From Carpediemonas membranifera BICM (lineage: Eukaryota > Protista > Fornicata), in contig JAHDYR010000012.1 of assembly GCA_019828565.1 (NCBI GenBank), positions 310,001 through 374,000 on the forward strand: a stretch of 64,000 nt of DNA, in the 5' to 3' direction. A program made the translations under genes and the position numbers. The notes under the pieces are model-generated. The model worked only from the letters and a program-made list of their open reading frames with translations. It had not been told where the DNA came from and did not search any database. Below are positions 52,701 to 62,234 of this stretch, piece by piece (the stretch's first letter is position 1; each line of letters starts with the position of its first letter).

Positions 52701-54440
52701 GAGCGGACCGGGTTCAACCCTGCTGGCGTCGACGACCGCGCCCGCCACGGCGTCCCGGCACACCTCGCTGTGCTGGACGGCGTTGTTTGCGATGGTGGCC
52801 TTCGAGACGGCGTAGGAGTGGAACTGGGAGATTTCGTCGTCCTTCTCGGCCAGACGGCGCTTGAGGTCGTCGCACTCGGCGAGCAGGCCGTCGTTGTCCC
52901 TGCGCAGGGCGACGGTCGACTCGACGAGACGCCGCACGGCCGCGTGGGTTGCCTGCCGGTCCTGCGCCAGCTGCGTCTCGACGCCAGAGGCGATGTCACC
53001 GACGACGCCGCCGACTGCAGCCTGGACGGTGTCGCCGAGGTTCTCCTGCAGCGCATTCATGCGGGCCTGGAGGTCCGCGTGGCTCGCGATGAAGTCCCGG
53101 ATCATGATGCGCGACTGCTTCACCTCGTCCTCGAGCTCACGCCGCGTGTCCTCGACGACGCCCGCGTCGCGCTCGGTGCTCTCGAGCTCCTGGGTCAGCT
53201 GCGTGACCTGGGCCTGCAGGCTGCGGTTCTCCTCGACCTTCTCGTTCAGCTCGCGCGAGAAGGCGTCGGCGTCCTCAGATGCGCTCCGGAGCGCCTCGAC
53301 CTCCTGCTGCAGCGCATCCCGCTCGCCCTCAAGCTCCCGAACCCGCCCGTCCAGCTCAGAGAGCTCGGCCTGCGCCTGCTCCGTGGTGGCTGCGAGCACA
53401 GCAGACCGCTGACTGCTGGTGACTGCCTCCATCCGCATCTCCATGACCGCGACCCTGAGCGTCTCGACGGTCTGGACGAACTCATCTCTGTCCGACTGGG
53501 CCTCGGTGTCGAGCTCCTGCATGACGGCGACCATGGCCTGGAGGGTCTCGGGCATGGCCGCTGGGTCGACGATTGTGGGGTCGACTAGAGATTTGGCAAC
53601 TGTATCATGGATCCGCTCCGAATCTTCGAGATATTGGGCTGTCATCTGTCCGACACTGGCGTGCTGCTCGGCCTCGAGCCAGCGCACCTTCTCCTCGAGC
53701 TCGGCGTGGGCCTGGGCGGTCTCGGTCTCGGCCTGGTATGCGACGGCCCGGAGCTCGTCGGCCTGCGACTGGGCGATGGCCTGCTCGCGGTTCAGCTCCG
53801 CGATCTGGGCGGTGAGCTCGCCGAGGATCGCCTGATACTCCTCGCGGTCGGCGTCGGCGTCCGCGTCGGCCTCCTTCGTCGTCTCGAGGAGCTCGTTGAC
53901 GACGTCCATGAGCGGACCGGGTTCAACCCTGCTGGCGTCGACGACCGCGCCCGCCACGGCGTCCCGGCACACCTCGCTGTGCTGGACGGCGTTGTTTGCG
54001 ATGAGGGACTGGGCCTCCACAGTGCGCCGCACGGCCTCAAGCTCTCGCACGAGGGTGTGGTGGGCGGCGATCGTGTCCTCATGCTCCTTGGACTTTTCCC
54101 AGGCAGTATCATTGGCCTTCCTAATGTCGTTCTCGGCCTTCTGCAGCTGCTCAATGGCCTGGTTGAGGCCGACGTCCCTGTCTTTGACTGCTTCCTGTGC
54201 ACTGGTGAGGCGACGACGGTATTCGATGAGCTGCTCGTCCATGGACTGAATCTCATCCTGCAGCTGCTCTATCTCCCTGTTTTTGTCCTCTATGACCTCC
54301 ATGAGCTGAACATTCTGCCGCTGGAGGCTCGCGTTCTCATCCAGGCTGGTCGCGAGCTTTGTTTCGTGTTCTATGAGAAGACTCTTCACATCATTCAGCT
54401 CTTCACGCTCTACAAAGGGCCCTTCTGTGTCATCCGACAT
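49800..54440 (-). CDS. Giant coiled-coil protein (~1546 aa) with internal duplications
   Basis: Continuous acidic heptad repeats with duplicated blocks. Confidence 0.85.
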   Translation of the reverse strand: MSDDTEGPFVEREELNDVKSLLIEHETKLATSLDENASLQRQNVQLMEVIEDKNREIEQLQDEIQSMDEQLIEYRRRLTSAQEAVKDRDVGLNQAIEQLQKAENDIRKANDTAWEKSKEHEDTIAAHHTLVRELEAVRRTVEAQSLIANNAVQHSEVCRDAVAGAVVDASRVEPGPLMDVVNELLETTKEADADADADREEYQAILGELTAQIAELNREQAIAQSQADELRAVAYQAETETAQAHAELEEKVRWLEAEQHASVGQMTAQYLEDSERIHDTVAKSLVDPTIVDPAAMPETLQAMVAVMQELDTEAQSDRDEFVQTVETLRVAVMEMRMEAVTSSQRSAVLAATTEQAQAELSELDGRVRELEGERDALQQEVEALRSASEDADAFSRELNEKVEENRSLQAQVTQLTQELESTERDAGVVEDTRRELEDEVKQSRIMIRDFIASHADLQARMNALQENLGDTVQAAVGGVVGDIASGVETQLAQDRQATHAAVRRLVESTVALRRDNDGLLAECDDLKRRLAEKDDEISQFHSYAVSKATIANNAVQHSEVCRDAVAGAVVDASRVEPGPLMDVVNELLETTKEADADADADREEYQAILGELTAQIAELNREQAIAQSQADELRAVAYQAETETAQAHAELEEKVRWLEAEQHVSTSQALVTAEHLDDSERLRESVSTALADTTSLDPGAMADALRVLTGTIQELEAEAQADRDEYSHLVTELRHSIVSVGQELSESVQHGESLAAAVEQAQAETLNAQIELANLDQRTHDLEDERDDLVRQVEMLKNASEDASAFSRELDQNSRENGELREQVAQLSKELDAVRHVVDDHATAAQDAMHHSEMFHGAIAGLGLTADGVDPSALMDVVTELVEAAREVDVDAEADRDEYEAVVSELKVQVTQLNRELADAFERMDEMRAVVSQAEKDTALAKDELEDMEAKVQRLEAEQQVSSGHARETVQWVNESERLHDAVAETVAETELLEPEAMTEIVESLLDAMKQLDAEAQADREASQEVVDELKRRVIAMNRELAMALEQNDEMRKAVGQAERDTTRAHDELSELDGRVRELEGERDALQQEVEALRSASEDADAFSRELNEKVEENRSLQAQVTQLTQELESTERDAGVVEDTRRELEDEVKQSRIMIRDFIASHADLQARMNALQENLGDTVQAAVGGVVGDIASGVETQLAQDRQATHAAVRRLVESTVALRRDNDGLLAECDDLKRRLAEKDDEIEELADEAREAQRELRNVQSSTDNLIREQRGMVSSDTVETLKRTIQQRERELEDTRRRVEELEEALSASQKEVDMLRDGRTGESARAADEIARLEGQLAETQAKLAQQDAAAAVEEIQKVASTVSTLSNSSATFARRYDDLLTSYESLKKEAADKIREFEKREAVMVDDLTFMKDLVLSATGSNADLATKTQKMYQENARLTQENKDLDDRVKKGESRLYDASQQIAKLQEEIGVLKAAADVVKGGAVVDKEHKAMMERMRAPSVTSSGPGAGGTGMAELGTLAMRMRMKAQAARSRAAQQ
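50703..53367. repeat. Intragenic direct repeat A (538 bp): 50703-51240 and 52830-53367
   Basis: Appears nucleotide-identical by eye; offset 2127. Confidence 0.9.
52453..54003. repeat. Intragenic direct repeat B (342 bp): 52453-52794 and 53662-54003
   Basis: Appears nucleotide-identical by eye; offset 1209. Confidence 0.9.
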
Positions 54441-54646
54441 CAGACAGTATTGCAGCAAGCGAGAAAATGTTTGATTTCGCGACCGACTGGCCAGCAGTCG
54501 TGGACGCCCGGCACTGCCCAGACCTTGGGAAGCGGGGCGGGGGCCATATGCATGTGCGGAGAGCGTCGACCTGCACACCGATCATCTCACCGTCTTCCGC
54601 ATCGGCCGCTCCGCCCAGCAGAGCAACCACGCTCACTCATTTACAC

Positions 54647-56875
54647 TCAGGCCTCCTCATTCTCAGCCAGCAGGTCGACCACCGCGGCGCTGTCCCGCAC
54701 CGCCCTGTGTAGTATGCCGATCTCCAACTGGGCCTCCTCGAGCTGCTGCTTCAATTTGCCCAGGTCACTCCCGCCCCGGCCCACGCCCTTGTCGAGCTCG
54801 GCCCTGACATGCTCGATGGCCGTAGTATTTGCCTTAACATGCTCCTCCAGGGAGGCTAGCCGGGTCTCTAGGCGATCGACGGCGTTCATCCTGTCGAGGG
54901 CATCGTACCGACTGGTGATGGCGGGGTTGTTGACCTCAAGCACGATCGACGCCGACAGCGCCGCCTTGATGTCTGCCGCGGAGATGGCGTCGTTGGCCAC
55001 TGGCGCCCGTATGGCGATGGCCCTGATGCCGTAGACTGATCGGGCCCACGTGATGAAGGCCGAGTAGTCGGTGTGCACCGAGGTCTGGCGAGCGGGGGCA
55101 TCGAAGGACAGCACGCCGTCGGACAGACTCATGAGACCGAAGCGGACCCTCTTGCAGAAGCTGCCGGCGGGTGGCCTGTAGATGTGCGTCTCGGGGTCCA
55201 CGAAGACGATGTCAACCTCCTCGACAAACGCCTGGCTACTCGCGGCGTCAAGCAGTGCTTCGCCGAAGCTGTACTGCTTCGCGAGCCGTGCCGTGACCAT
55301 CTTAACCCTGCCGCTCATCAGGCACTTTAAGGCCAGCGGACACGAGAAGTCGGCGACATGGGACTTCTGCATGTCGACAGTCAACACGCCGTCCCTCAGG
55401 AATATAAAGTTCGCGGTGCCCAGCAGCATCGAGTTCAGGTGCCCTGTGACCCCAGTAAATGCCGACCTCAGAGCCGGGGCGTCCATGGCGAGGCCGGGAT
55501 CCAGGTCCGGGATCTCGAGCGAACTCAGCGTCGGCCGGGTCAGCGCTGTCTTCAGGAAGGCGAAGGCAGACTCATAAAACGCCTTGGGGTTCGCGGGCGG
55601 GGTGGGGTGAGAGAATCGGATCCCGGTCAGCGTGCCAAGGTCGAGGCACTGGAGCAACAGGGGGGGCGGGAGTGGTCCTGTTGTGTACACGACGATGGTC
55701 TCGCTGTCATAAACTGTCAGCGTCTCTGGGACGGTCAGCGTGCGGCATGGCACGGTCGTCACGGCACTTCGCCCCGAGGTGTCGCCGACGACGAGCTTGT
55801 CGACCACCGGGCACGACCCGCTGACCGTGGTTGGCCGGTCAACCTTGACAAACGCGGCAACACGCTTGCACTGGGCCAGCAGGGTTGAGTTGACCCCGCA
55901 ATCGACGAGGTTGACCCGAGCAAAGTGGCCGTCTGGCAGGGCTCGGAGTCGCTCGAGCAGCGTGGCGATGGCGGGGGCGGCGAGGTCGACCTTCTTGAGT
56001 GTCAGAATGGGGCACCTGGCCCGCTCGTCCCAGTTGGTCAGCCCCGCGTTGCACGTCCACAGGCCTGACGAGGGGTCGAGGAACGAAGCCGCGGACTCAG
56101 AGACGAGGGCGGGACGATCGGCTACCAGGCACAGAACCGCACCGTGGGGGCACTGCGCCTCCCGCCGCTTCTTGCTGTTGCGGTAGTCTATCGCGTAGAC
56201 CTCGTTGCCGAACTTGGCGACGAGGGTCGTGTCTGTGCATACCGTCTGGGCAGTGTGGTGTCCGACCACGTGGCTGATGACGCGGCTGCAGTCTACAGGG
56301 ATGGCAGCGATGGCGTTTCCGACGAACATGGCGCTGTGATCCGGTGTCGCGGTGACAGGGTGCAGCGTTACCTTACTGCTGCCCGAGGTGCAGACGACGA
56401 AGGGGCCTAGCACCCCGATAGGGCTGATCCGCGCTAGATGTGCTGGGATGTACCACCTGGATTGCTGCACGCTGTACAGCATCGCCTGGTACGTCGTGCG
56501 GTCTGTAGTCCCTGTTTGGCAGAATAGCAGGAGATAGTCCTGGCCATCGACAACCACAGGGTTCATACTAACGGCGCGTACAACAGGACAGGGCGGGGCC
56601 TTCGCACGATGGCTGTGGTTGGCCTCGAGGTCGACGACGCCGAGGCGGCCAGCGGACATGAAGTATAGGGTTCCTCCAATGGCCGTGACGGCGTCTATGC
56701 TTGAGAGGGATGCAATATTATGGTTAACAAGCCGCGCTTCGTCTCTGTTTGTCTCGTAGCACTGGATGAGGTTGGATTCCAGCGACACGATGTTGTTTTC
56801 AATGGAAACGGGGTGCTCGAAGTGTTGAATTGCGGATGGAACAAGTGTAGCCTTTGCTTTGAGTTTAGATAGCAT
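54647..56875 (-). CDS. Hypothetical protein, ~742 aa (beta-rich N-terminus, C-terminal coiled coil)
   Basis: Long ORF; no family recognised. Confidence 0.7.
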   Translation of the reverse strand: MLSKLKAKATLVPSAIQHFEHPVSIENNIVSLESNLIQCYETNRDEARLVNHNIASLSSIDAVTAIGGTLYFMSAGRLGVVDLEANHSHRAKAPPCPVVRAVSMNPVVVDGQDYLLLFCQTGTTDRTTYQAMLYSVQQSRWYIPAHLARISPIGVLGPFVVCTSGSSKVTLHPVTATPDHSAMFVGNAIAAIPVDCSRVISHVVGHHTAQTVCTDTTLVAKFGNEVYAIDYRNSKKRREAQCPHGAVLCLVADRPALVSESAASFLDPSSGLWTCNAGLTNWDERARCPILTLKKVDLAAPAIATLLERLRALPDGHFARVNLVDCGVNSTLLAQCKRVAAFVKVDRPTTVSGSCPVVDKLVVGDTSGRSAVTTVPCRTLTVPETLTVYDSETIVVYTTGPLPPPLLLQCLDLGTLTGIRFSHPTPPANPKAFYESAFAFLKTALTRPTLSSLEIPDLDPGLAMDAPALRSAFTGVTGHLNSMLLGTANFIFLRDGVLTVDMQKSHVADFSCPLALKCLMSGRVKMVTARLAKQYSFGEALLDAASSQAFVEEVDIVFVDPETHIYRPPAGSFCKRVRFGLMSLSDGVLSFDAPARQTSVHTDYSAFITWARSVYGIRAIAIRAPVANDAISAADIKAALSASIVLEVNNPAITSRYDALDRMNAVDRLETRLASLEEHVKANTTAIEHVRAELDKGVGRGGSDLGKLKQQLEEAQLEIGILHRAVRDSAAVVDLLAENEEA

Positions 56876-57016
56876 CAAACGTCGGCCACCATTACACGAG
56901 CGAGTTCGCACGTGGTCTTATCTGGCAGAACCAGATCTGACACTCAGCGAAGCCAGAGTCGTGGGTATATACGACACAGCCTGTTACGACTTGAGCCATT
57001 TTTATAGGTACATCCA

Positions 57017-57688
57017 CTACTTGTTGAAGGGCCACCGGCTTGGGATGAAGAACGCAGTAAGCACCTCGAGGACGAGGAACAGGAACAGACAGGCGTTGAG
57101 CGACACCAGCGAAAGTCCGCCCTTGGTCACCCTCCGAGTCCGCTCCACGCGCTGTGAGGCTGCCCTGAGCCCCGTCCGCTGCTGCGTCATCATGCCGGTC
57201 GTGTCGTCAATGAGATCCGCCCCCTCCTCAAGCTCGTCGCCCAGCCCGTCCCCCGTCTTCCTGAGGACGACGACGGCATCGTACAGCTCGTCCAGCCTGC
57301 CGTCGAACGACTCCATGGACGCCGCCTGGTACTGTAGCACCTGGTGGTTGGTGCGGCCCGCGGTCTGCTCCGTTTCTATAGGCTTCTTACGCCTGCTCCG
57401 GGGTGTCGGCGTGCTCTCGGCGGCAATGGTCCTGTCGATGGCTTTCCGGATATCTTCCAGACGGGCGGCCATGTTCTGAACGTTCCCGCTGGTGACCTTA
57501 TACATGGCGAAATTAGAGCGGAAGACCTGCAGATCCCTCTTCAGGGCCTGTATTTGCCGTTTCGCTGCTGAACTGGTAGCATTCATGCGGGAAACGGCGT
57601 GTTCGTTGTGAAATTCGATGATCTGCTCCTTCAGTGCGACAAGCTCACTGAATCTACTTTCCCATCGCTCTCTACTTTGTGTTGGCAT
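57017..57688 (-). CDS. Qc-type SNARE (syntaxin 6/8-like)
   Basis: FDGRLDEL..V..L...G..LGDELEE...LIDD SNARE motif plus C-terminal TM. Confidence 0.75.
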   Translation of the reverse strand: MPTQSRERWESRFSELVALKEQIIEFHNEHAVSRMNATSSAAKRQIQALKRDLQVFRSNFAMYKVTSGNVQNMAARLEDIRKAIDRTIAAESTPTPRSRRKKPIETEQTAGRTNHQVLQYQAASMESFDGRLDELYDAVVVLRKTGDGLGDELEEGADLIDDTTGMMTQQRTGLRAASQRVERTRRVTKGGLSLVSLNACLFLFLVLEVLTAFFIPSRWPFNK

Positions 57689-57797
57689 TGTTGACGCAGA
57701 TCATACGAACCAGTCACCGTAATCGCCCAAACAGTCAAGCCGAGTATCCTGCACAGCCAGCAGCCTTCATAATCTTTACTCTGCTAATGCACACTTC

Positions 57798-58471
57798 TTA
57801 ATCCCGCATGATGCCGACCTTCCTCGAGGTCCGGCCGGACAGACTGAACGCCGGCCCAGAACGGCCGATTGACGTAGGAACGAGATAAGCACCGGGGCCG
57901 GGGTTGCTCTGCTCGTTGGAGCGGACGCGATGGCGCCGGCTCATCGAGTACTTGGGGCCAGTGCCCACCCCACCGTCGCGGCGGCCGTACGCTGCAGGGC
58001 CGGGGGAAGCGGTCTTGACGTCCTTGTTGGGGAAGTTGCGGCCCTTCATGGTCGGTTGGGGGCCGCCGGGGAGTGAGATCTCGTCGCTGCCGTAGTGGCC
58101 GGGGCCGGGGAGCACCTCGTGGTTCTCATAGTTGCGGCGGCCAGTGATAGAGAAGGCTGGAGAGTTCTCACCGACAGAGGAGCCGGCAACACCGTATGCG
58201 CCGGGGCCTGGGGATGAGCCGGCCTTGCCTGCGTCGAACGCGGGCTTCCCGGACATCGAGAAAGCGGGCGTAACCTTCTGTATGGGGTTTGTGTCATACA
58301 CGTACTGACCAGGGCCGGGCGTCTGGCCACTTCCTGCGTGATATTTGGTAAAAATTCTCACAAACTGTTTGTATTACGAATTCTGGAGCTCATAGTAAAA
58401 GAGGGAGTATCGGGCTTCGGAGCAACGCTATATGCGCCAGGTCCGGGACTATCTGTGGCGTAGTCGTCCAT
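57798..58471 (-). CDS. SHIPPO-repeat (ODF3/STPG-like) axonemal protein; intron 58334-58365
   Basis: Six PGPG/A.Y...P.FSM repeats; exon 1 MDDYATDSPGPGAY; 32-nt GTTTGT...GCAG intron. Confidence 0.85.
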
Positions 58472-58571
58472 TTCGTTCGATGGAGTTCAAATTTTCGCAC
58501 TTTTAGAAATTTGACTGCGTTTTGATTGGTCAACATCCAGCTCTGATGGCCGATTTATTATAGTATGACAG

Positions 58572-59573
58572 TTAGTGCCTGAGGTCATCTCTGGGGAATG
58601 TGATGCTTTCAAAGCACTTCCACACGCCCCGCTCTCGCAGGGCAGCCAGTAGGTCGGCCCCGGTCGGCGGTAGGAAGAGTAGGCCCGTGAAGCTGATGGC
58701 GTTGAAGCTGATGCTCTCCCCGGCAAGCTCGACGTGCTCGTGGGACCTGGGGACGATCAGCATGTGGGACGACGTCAGGATCATGTTATAACTTCCCATG
58801 ACGCACGAAGCCGTCGGGGTCTGGACACCAGGGAACATGGCCGCGTGGACGCAGGGGCTGGGCGGCGACATCCCGATCCTGTCGTGGAGGCGCTGGATGG
58901 GGACTTCGGCGATAGGGAGGTAGCGCTCGAGGGCCCGGAGAAGGCGGGTGTACGCGACCTTGACGTTCTCCTCAGTGAAGGGGAAGTCCTCGCCGAACAT
59001 AATGGCGGCGTGTTCGAACGGGAGGTTGACCCTGATCGTCTTGTCCGAGGGGCCATCGACGAGCGTGTCCATGGGGAGGTCACGGTGGGCAGGGACCAGC
59101 GGCTGGGGGAGGATGTGGATGTGCTTGTGGGGCTGGGACCCACCCGACCCGGGGCCGGAGTTGTACGCGGCTACGGCGTCGAACTCTTTGACACAGTGGT
59201 ATGTCGCAGCAAGATCAGACGAAGTCAGCCGCGCGCCCTGGAAACGAAAATCAGAAGTAATGAGGAGGAAGTGGGTGTCGCAGACGTTGTACTTGTTGAA
59301 CATGAGGCGGTGCTTCGGGGCAAGCGGCAGCGTCGTGTTGATGAGCATCTGGGGATCAGGATCTTCAAACGGGTCGAAGAATTCACCGGAGTTCTGACGT
59401 TCGATCGTCTTCTTCTTCTTCTCTCTTAAGCTCGTGGCGACTTGGACGGCGAACTGGACATTGTTGCTCTCATCTGGCACTGAGAACAGCTCCGTGGGGA
59501 TCGGGAAGATTAACCCAGCTGCATGGGCGTTTTTGACATAGTCTGCCACGGCTTTGGAGCCAGTTGACAGCAT
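58572..59573 (-). CDS. ATP adenylyltransferase / Ap4A phosphorylase (APA1/APA2 family)
   Basis: DPF..P, NKY.V...H.LLIT..F..Q, YNSGP.SG.SQPHKH, SYN.ILT..MLIVPR, NA..F.G motifs. Confidence 0.85.
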   Translation of the reverse strand: MLSTGSKAVADYVKNAHAAGLIFPIPTELFSVPDESNNVQFAVQVATSLREKKKKTIERQNSGEFFDPFEDPDPQMLINTTLPLAPKHRLMFNKYNVCDTHFLLITSDFRFQGARLTSSDLAATYHCVKEFDAVAAYNSGPGSGGSQPHKHIHILPQPLVPAHRDLPMDTLVDGPSDKTIRVNLPFEHAAIMFGEDFPFTEENVKVAYTRLLRALERYLPIAEVPIQRLHDRIGMSPPSPCVHAAMFPGVQTPTASCVMGSYNMILTSSHMLIVPRSHEHVELAGESISFNAISFTGLLFLPPTGADLLAALRERGVWKCFESITFPRDDLRH

Positions 59574-59926
59574 TTTGGGTGTGAGTATGAACTTTCAAGT
59601 TGATGCGAAGGTGGAATACATGTTTCGCTGGAGCTCATATAAATCGAATTTTGATCTGGATTCCGGCACAGCAACAAGTATTGGCTCTCGCCAACCAAAA
59701 TCGGCGGCCCCAGTGGCCATCTCTCTAAATCTTGACTTTCACGTCACATGTTCTCCCGGCTCAACGACAAGACATTGCTTGCAGATATTTGTCCGACTTG
59801 CTAATTCCGGTCTCTTAAAACCAGCATTCCACGCCAACTCCACTCCAGCGAACTCGTGCCAACCCCATCCCTGGTCCCGGGTTGTCCCCTCAAACGGGGT
59901 GACGTTTACATATGATACAATGCCGT

Positions 59927-60515
59927 CTAGTAACCGCGCATGACACGGTGGTACTGTGGGATGTCGTCGCCGTCCTCCTTGCGGCCCTTGGCGATGATGT
60001 AGAGGATGCCTGTGACGATCTGGCAGACAGCCCCGGGGAGGTACCACCAGGCGAAGAGGTCCTCGGCTACAACTATGGCGTATGTTACAAAGCCATTGAC
60101 ACGCCATTGGGTCCACATGAAGACGATCCAGGCGACGGGGAGACGAAGGATGATCGGGAGAGCCATCAGAATGTAGATGACACCGCGGAGGCCGAAGTGG
60201 AAGAGGTGGAGCACTGGCTCGATCTGTGTGAGAGTGGGGGCGGAAGTACTGACGCGGAGGAGGATTGCTGAGGACGGGACCTCCTCGTACAGGGCCGTGA
60301 TCGCAATGACGAAGGGCATGTATAGGAGCGTCCAGATCATGTGCTCAATGTCTAATTCCATGATACATGTGACGAATCCTGCTGTGTGAGCTGCGTGGAC
60401 GGTGCTACAAACCGAGGTAAAAGAGAAAAGTGAATACTCCAAGAATCCTGGCAAAGCGACAGACGCGAATCCGAAGATTCCTACTTCTAATAGCAAATCG
60501 GGTTTGTTCAAACAT
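59927..60515 (-). CDS. Multi-pass membrane protein, possibly Flower/TVP18 family; intron 60382-60412
   Basis: 31-nt GTTTGT...CACAG intron joins MFEQTRF...FYL to AGFVTCIM in frame; RGVIYILMA and TGILY motifs. Confidence 0.55.
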
Positions 60516-60792
60516 TAATGTGCGTGAGGATTCCTTCTGTGCCGAGAAAGAAGCTCTGCTTTGTCGTTGATACGGCCTTAAATATTCTCCGTAAATCTCT
60601 GATATTGACCGGATCGGCCGGATATCACAGACATCGGCATCGCGGACACAGCACCATACCGAGAGCTGCGGCAAGTTGCCAGACTCTCCTCCCGCACACA
60701 CCCCATGATCACAGCATGAAGACTGTGAAGAACTGTGAAGAATCGAAACAATCACAACACGACCGCCATAGTATGTCCATATTTACTGCAGG

Positions 60793-61806
60793 CTACTCGG
60801 CGTCCTCGTCCACACCCCACTCCTCGATGGGCGGCATCACCACGAGCTCGGAGACCATCTGCCCCGCGATGTCGGCCGTCTCAGGCACCCGCCGCTCGGG
60901 GTAGGTAGTCGTCAGCTCCTTGCCGCAATCGGTGATCTGGGCCTCGAGTGCGTGTTCGAGGACGTCGTGGGCGCGGGAGTACATCTGGTCGACGAGGTTG
61001 TCCCGGAAGTCGATCATGTGCTGGTAGAACTGCTTGTACAGGTCGTCGAGGTCGAGCTGGGCTATCCGGATGTGCTCCTTGCCGTTCTTAGTGACCGCGC
61101 CCTTGTACGATACGAACACCTGTGTGTGGTTCACAGTAGTGAACTTGGGGATCATCTTCTCGAACAGCGGCTCGAGAGAGTGCTTGGCGTTCAGCATGGG
61201 GGGCAGCGCGAACTGCACGGAGCCATCCTCGGCGATACCGGCCTCCTCAATCCAGGCGGGGGCTCCGTCGCCGAGGACGCCGCTCGACCGTGTGGCGCGG
61301 AGGACCACGGGGTCCGGAGGCACGAGCTCGGCCTTCGGGCGGTTGCTACGCTTAGTTGGGGTGCGTGCGGGGGCTCTTGCCTTGCGCTTGGTGGTGGTGG
61401 TGTTCTTGCGCATGATCTCGTTCCAGCGCTTCTCGGGATGCGGCACGCGCTTCTTGCGACGGCATGTTGGGCAATAATACCGGGACTTATCGTCTTCAAA
61501 CATCACGAGCATCTCATCAGTCATCCTATCGCACTCCACGTGAACCCAAGCTTGGCATTTGATGTTGTCGCATTGGATCCAGGTCTTGGCATTGTTGGAC
61601 GTGTGGCAGACAGTGCATACTTCCTCGTCCTTAGGTTCTACTTCTTCTTCCTGATCAGGTTCCTCCTCGGGGATCGGCGCTGGTGCTGCGTCACTGGCGG
61701 TTGAAGTTTTGACCTCGGCTTCGGCGGGATCAACGTCCTGCTTCTGCTGTTCCAGCAAGTTATCTAGTTGTGCCCGAATATCGTCGGTTGATTCGTTGAG
61801 CGACAT
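60793..61806 (-). CDS. PHD-finger protein
   Basis: CTVC..WIQCDNIKCQAWVHVEC..YYCPTC (C4HC3). Confidence 0.85.
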   Translation of the reverse strand: MSLNESTDDIRAQLDNLLEQQKQDVDPAEAEVKTSTASDAAPAPIPEEEPDQEEEVEPKDEEVCTVCHTSNNAKTWIQCDNIKCQAWVHVECDRMTDEMLVMFEDDKSRYYCPTCRRKKRVPHPEKRWNEIMRKNTTTTKRKARAPARTPTKRSNRPKAELVPPDPVVLRATRSSGVLGDGAPAWIEEAGIAEDGSVQFALPPMLNAKHSLEPLFEKMIPKFTTVNHTQVFVSYKGAVTKNGKEHIRIAQLDLDDLYKQFYQHMIDFRDNLVDQMYSRAHDVLEHALEAQITDCGKELTTTYPERRVPETADIAGQMVSELVVMPPIEEWGVDEDAE

Positions 61807-62234
61807 GTTGTTGCTTGCCTCTCGCTTCTCGCTTTTGTTGGAGACACAACCTGCACCCAGCAAAATTTCGGCCCCGCGCCGGACAAGCGGCCCCCATGGT
61901 GGCTAAAGCACCCCATTCTCCGTTTTCCCAGTGTTATTTTATTAATAATCACGGGGCGCACTTTGACACTTTGTGGCAGCCAAGCACATTACTATTTCTT
62001 GGGTCATGAATGCATCCATTGCTTCAACGCTAAGCACTCTTGCCACACTCGTCCTCTCGGTGCGGCCGTACCACTGAGAACGGCTGTCACAATCTCTGGA
62101 AGAAGCGTAAGACTGGCCGTGGAATGACAAGTAGCCAGAGCCACATGCTCCAGACAACGGTCAGCACTACTTTATATTAAATGGCCGGGCTATCCAATAG
62201 CTCCGGTAAATATCTACAACCACTCTCCCGTCAT

